Sequence record: SRR33789315_17
Length of the DNA: 47,886 nt
Strand: one strand, 5' to 3'
Shown here: positions 38,878-47,856 of the stretch, in pieces
Layout: every line of letters begins with the position of its first letter
Position numbering within the stretch: position 1 is the first letter of the stretch
Translations under genes and position numbers: made by a program
Notes under the pieces: generated by a model
What the model saw: only the letters and a program-made list of their open reading frames with translations
Databases searched by the model: none
Told to the model about the DNA's origin: nothing

Positions 38878-39816
38878 ATGAGTTCAACAATGAATCGCAG
38901 AACAGCACTAAAACAACTTGGCGCTCTAGGTGTTGGCGGATTAACCTTAGGAACCAGCTCAATGGCGCTTAGTGCTCACGCAGCCGGCACCAATACCGCG
39001 GGATCATTAGATTTATCCAGCCCCGAGAAACGGATTGAAGCCTTCACTAAAATAGTGGGTAGTATTGGTAACGAAGAAAAACATGCTTTTTTGCGTTTCC
39101 ATATGTACGGTTATATGGGCGAAAACGTGGTGCCATTTTTCTCCATGAACAACTATGTAGTGCAAAAATGGGAAGCCACATCAGAGCCTTATCATTATCA
39201 GCTTAAACACTACGAAGTAGGGTATTTTACTGAATTTGATACAGATAATCCGATCAGCCATTGGAAGAACCCAGTAACCGGTAAAACAGTAGAGCTTGAA
39301 ACCTTTATACTCGGCCCCATCGGACGTATGTATACACCTCAGGGGGTTATCGCTCCAGGGCTTGCGCCTAAACCACTGCGAATTGACGTGATTGGTGACC
39401 GAGTTTACGCCCCTAGTCATTCGATAGAATCGTTTCCCAATATGTTTAGTCCTGATGAATGGCCTGAATTATCCAGTGGCCCTAAAGTCTATTGGGATTC
39501 CATGTCGACCTATTCCGCACCTTTAGCTGACATACTTAATCCGCAAAAGACCTCGGCTAAAGCCGAAATTCACATGCAAAACCTAACCAGTTGGCAACCT
39601 TTTTTGCGTATGGGCCAAACTGAAGGGCGCTCAATGGCGCGCGCTTTTGGCCAAAATATCGCTGGTTTTCATGAGCTTGATCCTAAGGTTAGAAAAGACT
39701 TTGAAAAATATACTCCTAGCATCTTTAATACCGATGCTTGGACTGAACTAAGGTTTGATTCTATGGATTTTTATAACAAGGCCGTTGCTGAAAAAAAAAC
39801 AAAAGCAGGGTGCTAA
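38878..39816 (+). CDS. Tat-exported protein of unknown function, DUF1838-like
   Basis: MNRRTALK twin-arginine signal ending AHA; EVGYFTEFDTD..WKNPVTGKTVE and WQPFLRMG resemble DUF1838 (by recollection). Confidence 0.7.
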   Translation: MSSTMNRRTALKQLGALGVGGLTLGTSSMALSAHAAGTNTAGSLDLSSPEKRIEAFTKIVGSIGNEEKHAFLRFHMYGYMGENVVPFFSMNNYVVQKWEATSEPYHYQLKHYEVGYFTEFDTDNPISHWKNPVTGKTVELETFILGPIGRMYTPQGVIAPGLAPKPLRIDVIGDRVYAPSHSIESFPNMFSPDEWPELSSGPKVYWDSMSTYSAPLADILNPQKTSAKAEIHMQNLTSWQPFLRMGQTEGRSMARAFGQNIAGFHELDPKVRKDFEKYTPSIFNTDAWTELRFDSMDFYNKAVAEKKTKAGC

Positions 39817-39819
39817 GTG

Positions 39820-41010
39820 ATGAAAATAGTCAATAGTGTTTTGTTATTGTTAAGTTTGCTGCCGACCTTAGGTTGTGCTGAGCAAATTGTCGATTATGAT
39901 GCACTCTATCAACAACGTTTTGCGCAGATAAAAGCCAACGGTGGATTAATGAAGGAATATGAACCTACCGAACAAGTCTCGGGTGTTAAAAATTACGTGC
40001 CTCTGCCTATGGCCAGTGAGCCGAGTATGTCACCCGACGTGTTACACCAAGCAGAGCAATACGCAAAGCAAAATAATTCTTCCGCTTTTATGGTGTGGCA
40101 AAACGGTAAGTTGCAGGCATCCACTTATTTTGGCGATACCACCGCTGATACTCTGTTGGTTTCAAAGTCACTGTCTAAACCTTTGAGTGCAATTGCCATT
40201 GGTCGTGCCATTGCCTTGGGGAAAATAAAATCACTTGAGCAACCTGTGGCTGATTTTATCCCGCAATGGCGTGATACCGAAAAATCGGCAGTGTTAGTTA
40301 AACATCTATTAAACATGCAAGCCGGTTTTTTAGCACAAGGTTATTCCTCTGACCCTAATCATCCTTGGAACACTGCCTACTTATCTTTTGAGCATGAAAA
40401 GGTGTTAATTAACGATTATCCCTTAGTTAATAAACCCGGCAGCACCTATGCCTATAACAATGCCACTGCTGACATGGTAGCGCTGGTAATTGAAGCGGCT
40501 ACAGGCCAACGTTTTGCTGATTTTGTTAACGATGAAGTGCTGGTTAAAATTGGCGCTCAAGGTGGCACCATGTGGGTAAATCGTCCCGGTGGTTTAGTTC
40601 ACTCTGGTTGCTGTATGATGTTGCCTGCTGAAACTTACCTGCGATTGGCTTTGCTGTTATTGAATAATGGCAAGGTGGATAATGAGCCGTTGATCCCCGC
40701 CAGTTTTGTTAAAGCGATGCCAACGCCTTCCAGTCAAAACGAGCATTTTGGTTTAGGGGTTTGGCTCGGTCAACCTTATGCTGAACGCCGTGGTTATACC
40801 GGTAAAGGCGGGCTCGGCCCAAAAGTCTTGCATAGTGAGCCTTACTTAGATGACTCATTGTATTTGTTTGATGGTAATTCTAACCAAGTGGTGTACATCA
40901 TGCCTAAATACAACATGCTAGTTCTGCGTTTGGGAAGCAATCCTCCAAAGCAGCCTGAGTGGGACAATAGTTATTTACCCAATTTATTAGTACAAGGCAT
41001 CAAAAAGTAA
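39820..41010 (+). CDS. Serine hydrolase, beta-lactamase/class C-like family; probable lipoprotein
   Basis: TLGC lipobox-like; SxxK (SLSK), KHLLNMQAG, KPGSTYAYNN, DGNSNQVVYIMP; GTG 39817 is an alternative start. Confidence 0.86.
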   Translation: MKIVNSVLLLLSLLPTLGCAEQIVDYDALYQQRFAQIKANGGLMKEYEPTEQVSGVKNYVPLPMASEPSMSPDVLHQAEQYAKQNNSSAFMVWQNGKLQASTYFGDTTADTLLVSKSLSKPLSAIAIGRAIALGKIKSLEQPVADFIPQWRDTEKSAVLVKHLLNMQAGFLAQGYSSDPNHPWNTAYLSFEHEKVLINDYPLVNKPGSTYAYNNATADMVALVIEAATGQRFADFVNDEVLVKIGAQGGTMWVNRPGGLVHSGCCMMLPAETYLRLALLLLNNGKVDNEPLIPASFVKAMPTPSSQNEHFGLGVWLGQPYAERRGYTGKGGLGPKVLHSEPYLDDSLYLFDGNSNQVVYIMPKYNMLVLRLGSNPPKQPEWDNSYLPNLLVQGIKK

Positions 41011-41061
41011 CTTTTTTTGGCTATTTTGCGTCAAACACTTAACAAATAATCACTATTAAAT

Positions 41062-41090
41062 GCTCTACCTCGATTACTTCGGGGTAGAGC
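41062..41090 (+). terminator. Stem-loop after the hydrolase operon
   Basis: GCTCTACCTCGA-TTACT-TCGGGGTAGAGC; weak U-tract. Confidence 0.55.
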
Positions 41091-41266
41091 TCTTGCTCAG
41101 ATATTCATTCACTATTTTTTAATAACCAGCAATCTTAAACCTTGACTCAATTAACTACCCTGTAAGTCAATTTTTTATCGGCCAGATGGGGCTAGGTTTT
41201 AACGTCAAGTTGCCATTTTATCTTGAAACTACCTGTTGACTATTTTTCAAACGAATGAAGGGAATT

Positions 41267-41278
41267 TGATATTTGTCA
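41267..41278. promoter_or_regulatory. Palindromic operator candidate TGATATTTGTCA
   Basis: Reverse complement TGACAAATATCA, one mismatch to the 37780 site; upstream of the TBDR. Confidence 0.45.
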
Positions 41279-41408
41279 TTTCAATGGCGGATTTTCAGTG
41301 GTGATATAACAACCAGATTAATATAGTCCGCTTCGATAAAAAGCAGGCAAACAAGATCACAGGCTAAGTACTTGTGATAAATCCAAATAGAAGCCAGGAA
41401 AACACAAA

Positions 41409-43793
41409 ATGAAAACTAAAACCTTGAAAAAGTCTATAAAATTAAGCGCTTTAGCCTCAATAATGCTAACTATTTTTCATCCAGCACTAGCGCAAGAAGC
41501 GCAAGTTAATGACAAAGATTCTGCCGACAAAATGTTAATTGAAAAAATAGAGGTGACCGCCCGTAAACGGTCAGAAAGTATTCAAGATATTCCTGTTGCT
41601 GTAACTGCAGTGACTAGTGATGATATAGAGAAACGTGGGATCATTGGCGTAGAAGATCTGTCAGACAGTACGCCAGGACTGGTCGTAACAAACAATTACA
41701 CAGGCAAAACGGACCGCTCTGTACAAACTCTTACACTTCGTGGTTTTACTCCTAGCAGCGGGGTTGAAGCCACTGTTGCTATGTTTATTGACGGTGTACC
41801 CGTTTCATCAACTACCGCCATGTCATCGGTTGGTTCTCCTGACCGTATTGAAATTTTACGTGGTCCGCAAAGTGCTTACTTTGGCCGAAATACGTTTGCT
41901 GGAGCGGTTAACGTTGTAAACAAAATGCCAAATGATGAATGGGCTGGCTCAATAAAAGCATCACTAGGTAGTGATAATTACACTCGTCTGCAAGGTTCTG
42001 CAGAAGGGGTGTTGATTGAGGATAAATTATCATTCCGGGCCTCCGCAGAAACCTATAGTAAAGATGGGGCTTGGCAAAATGAGAGTCCTGATGGCGGCAG
42101 ATTAGGTGATCAAAAGACCTCTATGGCTAACCTGTATGTGGTTGCTAAGCCAGTGGAAGATTTGACAATTAAAGCTTTTGGTTTTATGTCCAAAGACGAA
42201 GATGGTCCTGCTGCCTCAGCTTTTGTGTCTGCGTATGATTTATTTGATTCAGCGGGAAATTTATTGGTTAAAGGCCAGTCAAATTGTGATGTCAACGGTA
42301 GCCCTTATTTTTGTTCAGTCCCCACTAAAGATGGCTCATTGCAATACAACTCTAATGCATCTGATGCGGTGAAAAATTTACTTAATAATCCGACTAATCG
42401 TGTGACAAGTACCGGTTTATTGGATAACTACGGGTTGGGACGTGAATACTATCACGGTCATTTAGTGGCAGATTGGGAGCTAGGAGATAGTGGCTATACT
42501 ATTTCGTCACTAAGCGGTTATAACAAAGAAGAGTGGGTAATTTTAAATGATATTGATCATTATTACTCAAACACGTTTAACTATGGTTTTTTGGTCGACC
42601 ATAACAAGAAAGATGTGTCACAAGAATTACGTTTAAGTTATGACAACAATGGTGCCTTCAGTGGCACATTAGGTATCAGCTATTTAGATGCAGAAGACAC
42701 CGGTACCTTAACCAGTGTTTTAACCACACCGTGGGACGGAGAGGCGGTTCCAGAAGCGGTATCACCAACTGGTAAAACAACCACTACCACTAAAGGCATC
42801 TTTTTTGGTACAAGTTATGATTTTACCGAAAGTACAAATTTGAGCATCGAAGGTCGCTTACAGTCAGATGAGATTACGTCTGACAATATCGATGGTTCTT
42901 TACTGGCTACCAAAAAGTATACTAACTTTTTACCTCGGATAATTTTGAATCATGATTTAGGCAAAGACACTATGATCTTCGGTTCTTATTCAAAAGGTGT
43001 GAACCCCGCTAGTTTTAATACTGGTTTGCTTACAGTGAGTGATTTTGTTAGAGAGGCTGCAAACAATGCCGGCATAAAACTGACTGCGGATCCTGAAGAA
43101 GTGGCTAACTACGAGTTGGGAATTAAAGGTAGTGCTTTAGGTGGCTCAATGAACTATGCCATTGCTGCTTACTATGCTAATTGGACTAAGCAAATTAACC
43201 GGATAAATATCGTTGTGGTAGAGCCTGGTGAAGACACCGCCACCAGTTTCTCTGGTGTGGCGAATACCGGTAAAGTTGCACTGCATGGCTTAGAGTTTGA
43301 AACCACTTGGATGGCGACTGAAAATATTCGTGTAAATGCCGCCGCTGCTTACACGGGGTCAGACATCAAAAATCACACTAATTATGCCTTAACGCAGTTA
43401 TCAGGCGTATCTGATTTTTCTGGTAAAGAACAGCCGGGCATTTCTAAGTATTCAGGCAATCTAGGTATTCAATATACCAATAACATTGGTGATTATGATT
43501 ACTTCACGCGGGTGGACTATGTTTATAAAACCGGTCAATGGTCTAACCAAGCCAACTTCCTGAAATCAGATAACATTCAAAAAGTAAATTTGCGTGCTGG
43601 TATTACTATAGGCGATTTAGATATTCAGGCTTACGTTAACAACGTATTTGAAAATGATTCTTACGGATCTGTTTCAGACTATTATGCCTTTGATTACACC
43701 TATCAATATTTTGGTGCTAATTCTGGCTTAGTGATGAGTTTGCCAGAGCAACGCACCTTTGGTGTAGAACTGAAATGGTCATTTTACGAATAA
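41409..43793 (+). CDS. TonB-dependent receptor
   Basis: IEKIEVTARKRSESIQDIPVAV TonB box, RIEILRGPQSAYFGRNTFAGAVN, PEEVANYELGIK, QRTFGVEL. Confidence 0.93.
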   Translation: MKTKTLKKSIKLSALASIMLTIFHPALAQEAQVNDKDSADKMLIEKIEVTARKRSESIQDIPVAVTAVTSDDIEKRGIIGVEDLSDSTPGLVVTNNYTGKTDRSVQTLTLRGFTPSSGVEATVAMFIDGVPVSSTTAMSSVGSPDRIEILRGPQSAYFGRNTFAGAVNVVNKMPNDEWAGSIKASLGSDNYTRLQGSAEGVLIEDKLSFRASAETYSKDGAWQNESPDGGRLGDQKTSMANLYVVAKPVEDLTIKAFGFMSKDEDGPAASAFVSAYDLFDSAGNLLVKGQSNCDVNGSPYFCSVPTKDGSLQYNSNASDAVKNLLNNPTNRVTSTGLLDNYGLGREYYHGHLVADWELGDSGYTISSLSGYNKEEWVILNDIDHYYSNTFNYGFLVDHNKKDVSQELRLSYDNNGAFSGTLGISYLDAEDTGTLTSVLTTPWDGEAVPEAVSPTGKTTTTTKGIFFGTSYDFTESTNLSIEGRLQSDEITSDNIDGSLLATKKYTNFLPRIILNHDLGKDTMIFGSYSKGVNPASFNTGLLTVSDFVREAANNAGIKLTADPEEVANYELGIKGSALGGSMNYAIAAYYANWTKQINRINIVVVEPGEDTATSFSGVANTGKVALHGLEFETTWMATENIRVNAAAAYTGSDIKNHTNYALTQLSGVSDFSGKEQPGISKYSGNLGIQYTNNIGDYDYFTRVDYVYKTGQWSNQANFLKSDNIQKVNLRAGITIGDLDIQAYVNNVFENDSYGSVSDYYAFDYTYQYFGANSGLVMSLPEQRTFGVELKWSFYE

Positions 43794-43811
43794 GTAGTTG
43801 ATTGTTTAATG

Positions 43812-43839
43812 ACAGCGAGAACCCAGTTCTCGCTGTTTT
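43812..43839 (+). terminator. Stem-loop/terminator after the TBDR
   Basis: ACAGCGAGAAC-CCA-GTTCTCGCTGT followed by TTT. Confidence 0.7.
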
Positions 43840-43879
43840 ATATGTAACTCACGATATTTATATTGCCCCGGAGTGTTAG

Positions 43880-45472
43880 ATGAACGTTAATTCCACACGC
43901 TATGCATTGATTTCTTTAGTCGGTATCCTGTGCTTAGCCAGTTGTCAAAAACAAAATGATGTAAAGTCATCAGTTAAGTCGGCCAGTTTTTATGATCAAG
44001 TCACTACCACTGAAGGGCCGGTGCAAGGCACAATTGACAATGATCTAGTGATTTTTAAAGGTATTCCTTATGCCGCCGCCCCTGTTGATGGATTGCGCTG
44101 GCGAGCCCCTCAGCCTGCAGCCAAACGCCAACAATTACTCGTTGCAGACAGCTATGGCGACCGTTGCATACAGCGCCCTCAAAACAACAGTTTTCCGCAA
44201 CAGCCAGAGGCTTTTACCCAACCAGAAAATGAAGATTGTTTGTATTTAAATATTTTTCGCCCTAAGAGCACTGACGCTAAGTTGCCTGTCATGGTGTGGC
44301 TGCCAGGTGGCGGCCTTGTTGGTGGCTCAGGCTCGCGACCCGTTAATCATGGCGGTAACTTGGCAGAGCAAGGCGTATTGGTAGTGAGTATCAATTATCG
44401 TCTTGGTAGCTTTGGATTTTTTGCTCATCCAAGCCTATCTATTGAAAACCCTGATAAAGGTAAATTGTATAACTATGGTTTGATGGACCAAATTGCCGCA
44501 CTGCAATGGATACAAGACAATATCAGCGAGTTTGGCGGTGATCCTAGCAATGTCACTATTTTTGGTGAAAGTGCCGGAGCCTATTCAGTTGACATGTTAG
44601 TAGCTTCACAAGCGGGCACTGGTTTATTTGCTAAAGCCATTTCTCAATCAGGTTACGGACGCGGCGAGCAACCCAGAGTTGCATCGCTGAGCCAAGATCC
44701 TGAGAATGCGATAGAACAGATGGGCGTTAAGCTGGCTGAAAAGTTAGCGATGCCAAGCGCTACTGTTGATGAGTTACGCGCAGTAGCCGCAGTTGACATC
44801 GTTAAGGCCACAGACTTTAGTTCGTTTATTGAATTTGCAGTGGATGGCGTGGTAATAAAAGATGATATGACCACCCTTTACCAGCAAGGTTTACAAGCTA
44901 AGGTGCCGATGTTACTGGGGGCTAATGATTTTGAGTTTGGCATGGTTCCACCGGCTACGCAGCAACAAATAATGGCTAAAGAACTGCCTGCTGAGGCTAT
45001 GGACGAACTCGTTAGTTATTATGGAAGTGAAGTCCTCCGTGATACGTTATTGTATAGCGACTTTGGGTTTCATTCGCAGATACGTGAGTTGGCCTTAGCT
45101 CATGAAAAACAAGGCAATGCTACTTATGTTTATCGCTTTTCAATGCCGGGAAAATGGTCGCAAAGCTTAGATACGCCTGACGGTAAAGTATACGGTTCAC
45201 CACACGCAGCCGACATGCCCTACGTATTTGGCAATTTCACCGGTGATCACATGGAGCCTACTGAGCCGAGTGAACAGCAGTTAGCCACGTCAGCCTTAAT
45301 GATGTCTTACTGGACCAATTTTGCTAAACACGGCGATCCTAACGGCGACACACTGCCCAAGTGGCCCCAATACAACGGCGACACGATTATGCATTTCATA
45401 CCTGAAGGTAGCCAGGCACAAACGGATACATGGGTGCGACGTTTAGATAAAGTGAATAGCTATCTGCATTAA
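43880..45472 (+). CDS. Type-B carboxylesterase/lipase family lipoprotein
   Basis: Lipobox LASC; FKGIPYAAAP, EDCLYLNIF, NYRLG, FGGDPSNVTIFGESAGA, HAADMPYVF, YWTNFAK. Confidence 0.93.
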   Translation: MNVNSTRYALISLVGILCLASCQKQNDVKSSVKSASFYDQVTTTEGPVQGTIDNDLVIFKGIPYAAAPVDGLRWRAPQPAAKRQQLLVADSYGDRCIQRPQNNSFPQQPEAFTQPENEDCLYLNIFRPKSTDAKLPVMVWLPGGGLVGGSGSRPVNHGGNLAEQGVLVVSINYRLGSFGFFAHPSLSIENPDKGKLYNYGLMDQIAALQWIQDNISEFGGDPSNVTIFGESAGAYSVDMLVASQAGTGLFAKAISQSGYGRGEQPRVASLSQDPENAIEQMGVKLAEKLAMPSATVDELRAVAAVDIVKATDFSSFIEFAVDGVVIKDDMTTLYQQGLQAKVPMLLGANDFEFGMVPPATQQQIMAKELPAEAMDELVSYYGSEVLRDTLLYSDFGFHSQIRELALAHEKQGNATYVYRFSMPGKWSQSLDTPDGKVYGSPHAADMPYVFGNFTGDHMEPTEPSEQQLATSALMMSYWTNFAKHGDPNGDTLPKWPQYNGDTIMHFIPEGSQAQTDTWVRRLDKVNSYLH

Positions 45473-45484
45473 TAATCTAGCTAG

Positions 45485-45735
45485 TTGGTGCACGAATTTT
45501 GGTCTATATGGCAGTATTTTAATCGCGAAACAGTCCTGCCGTCCTAGTGGACTAAGTCAAAGGGCTGTGACAAAGCGTAAAATGCTGCCATGACAACCCC
45601 TTCGGGCAGTGTCTGTGTGCCATTTATATTGCGTTGGATGCTTTTGATTTAGGGCCACTAAGCCTGCAAGCATCCGCCTTGTCTAAACGGTACTCAGACC
45701 GCTGCAAAAATGCACAGCAAAGATCGACAGTTCCT
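45485..45735. repeat. Structured intergenic MITE-like element with two long hairpin arms; left terminal repeat degenerate
   Basis: ATGGCAGTATTTTA/TAAAATGCTGCCAT, ACAGTCCT/AGGGCTGT and GGATGCTT/AAGCATCC stems; central CC-TTCG-GG; right end AAAGATCGACAGTTCCT. Confidence 0.65.
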
Positions 45736-45767
45736 CGCTATTGAGTTGTATTTAAGGAGTAATAATT

Positions 45768-46775
45768 TTGGCTAAAACCTTAGTATTAGTATATGTTTTT
45801 TTTGTTGTTAACCTTGGGCTGCTGGCCAATACGGTAATGGCGAAACAAGACGCACCTACTGAGTTTGTTGCTACTACTCGGACTTTGACATTAAACGATG
45901 TGCGGCAAAAATACGCGACGGCGGCATCAAAGTTTGTCGATATCGAAGGTATCAATGTGCATTACCGAGATGAAGGTAAGGGGCCTGTTTTATTATTAAT
46001 ACATGGCTCCTTAGGTGATGTGATGGATTGGGACGAATGGGTACAAGAGCTCAAGGCAGACTTTCGTATTATCCGCTTTGATATCCCCGGCTTTGGTCAA
46101 TCCGGCAAGATACCTAACAACAATTATTCTATTGAGAGAATTAATGTACTTATCGATGGATTAATGGATTATTTAGGTATTGAGAAATTTGGCATTGTCG
46201 GAATTTCGTATGGTGGTTTAGTGACTTTTCGTTATGCCGCAACTCGCTCAGACAGAGTGAGGTCGATGATATTAATTAATTCTGCTGGGGTTCAATACGG
46301 CAAAACGGTTAAACCAAAAGAGGGAAATGACAAGCCTAAGAAAAATATGTTTGTTGAACCTGTCGTCACTAAAGAAGATGTAGAGACTTTTTACGAGGCC
46401 TATATTAATGATCCAGCTAAACGGACTCCGGCTTTTATTCAACGTAAATTGGATTTTATGAACATAGCCGGGCGCGATGCCGAAGCAAAACAAACCTATG
46501 CTTTTTATGAACGTAATGATCCTTTCAGAGTATTGGCTCATGTTCGTGCACCCAGTCTGGTGATGTGGGGCGCAGGGAACAAAGCCTTGGATACCGAAAC
46601 CGCCAATGTCTTTTTGAACTCTCTGACTCACGCTTGTGCCAAAGAGTTGGTCACTTTTGATCGCGGAGGTCATTACATCAATGTGGAGCGCCCACAGGAA
46701 ACGGCTCATGCAGCGCAAGCCTTTTTACTCAAGCTGAAGGCGAAAATGCCTGCTACTTGCCTGTCTATGCAATAA
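45768..46775 (+). CDS. Secreted alpha/beta hydrolase
   Basis: TTG start with AAGGAG RBS; VHYRDEG..PVLLLIHG, FDIPGFGQS, nucleophile GISYGG, GGHYINVERP. Confidence 0.88.
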   Translation: MAKTLVLVYVFFVVNLGLLANTVMAKQDAPTEFVATTRTLTLNDVRQKYATAASKFVDIEGINVHYRDEGKGPVLLLIHGSLGDVMDWDEWVQELKADFRIIRFDIPGFGQSGKIPNNNYSIERINVLIDGLMDYLGIEKFGIVGISYGGLVTFRYAATRSDRVRSMILINSAGVQYGKTVKPKEGNDKPKKNMFVEPVVTKEDVETFYEAYINDPAKRTPAFIQRKLDFMNIAGRDAEAKQTYAFYERNDPFRVLAHVRAPSLVMWGAGNKALDTETANVFLNSLTHACAKELVTFDRGGHYINVERPQETAHAAQAFLLKLKAKMPATCLSMQ

Positions 46776-46927
46776 TAACGCAAAGGCTATTTAGCTAGAG
46801 GTAGATGGCATATCGCTCGCGCATCAAGGCTATGCAAGCTAAATGTGGGCTGTTGATTTATCTCAAGGTCTGCCTGCCAGTTTCCCTGCATAATGGTCAG
46901 TAGTTGATTTAATTGCTGGAAAACTAA

Positions 46928-47773
46928 ATGAGCAGAGATTGTGTAGAGTTTGTTCAGGCTCAGGAACTTCCCTGGGAAGATGAACCTGGATTTGTGGGGA
47001 TTAAGCGCAAATTATTAAGTATTGATAATGACAACGGGGCGCGCACCCAGTTACAGTTTTATCCCTCGGGTTATCAGTGTACCGAACAGCAAGCGCTAAG
47101 CTGTAACGAAGAATTTTATGTTCTCTCGGGGTGTTTTTACCTTAACCACTTTGTTTATTCGCCGGGCTGTTACGCGTTTTTCCCGGCGGGCTATGGCCGT
47201 AGTAAGTTTTATGTGCCGGAAGACACGGTGATCCTGCGCTTTTTTGATCATCTGCCGCAGTCCTATCAGCAGGATATTGCCGGAGCGCAGCAACGCGCCG
47301 AAGGTCGTGAGGCGATTCCCTGTATTGATACTTATCGCATGTCCTGGGACACCACAGTGCATGATATCAGGCTGACTCATTTGGGCTTTGCCCGTAAAAA
47401 TTTGCGCATTGATCCGATTACCGGCCAGCGTACGTTTTTATTTATGACTTCACCGCAAAGCCATCCGGTGAATTTTCGCGGTTATCAGGAATCTCACCCT
47501 ACGCCAGAAGAAGCCTATCAGTTGCATGGTGACCTTACGGGGCAAGTTGGTACCATGTACGCTGGCGCGTACTTTTGGCGCCCGCCGCATATTCCCCATG
47601 GCCCTTTTGGTACCCGAGGAGGCAGTTTATCGTTGATCCGCTTTGTCGAAGGTGAGCATATTAATATCTGGAGCGAGCAACAGCATTCATTTAATTATAA
47701 TGAACCCTACCAACCTATTTTACCTGAATGGATGGAACGCATAGGGCATTTCAAACCACCAAGTAATTATTGA
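46928..47773 (+). CDS. Bicupin protein (DUF4437/ChrR-cupin-like)
   Basis: Two cupin repeats: EEFYVLSG..PGCYAFFP and HPTPEEAYQLHG..GAYFWRPPHIPHGP. Confidence 0.75.
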   Translation: MSRDCVEFVQAQELPWEDEPGFVGIKRKLLSIDNDNGARTQLQFYPSGYQCTEQQALSCNEEFYVLSGCFYLNHFVYSPGCYAFFPAGYGRSKFYVPEDTVILRFFDHLPQSYQQDIAGAQQRAEGREAIPCIDTYRMSWDTTVHDIRLTHLGFARKNLRIDPITGQRTFLFMTSPQSHPVNFRGYQESHPTPEEAYQLHGDLTGQVGTMYAGAYFWRPPHIPHGPFGTRGGSLSLIRFVEGEHINIWSEQQHSFNYNEPYQPILPEWMERIGHFKPPSNY

Positions 47774-47856
47774 GCACTTGACGGCAAGGCGAATAGCCAA
47801 AATAATCGGAATTGCACTTAGACGGCAACGGAACTCAATCTAAGTGATCGGGCCTG

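Noticed and set aside
39820-41010. Beta-lactam resistance gene
   Set aside because: Shares only the SxxK/YxN fold; no KTG-type motif seen, and the context is catabolic
45485-45735. tRNA, riboswitch or integron attC site
   Set aside because: No cloverleaf, no recognisable aptamer consensus and no RYYYAAC/GTTRRRY cassette ends
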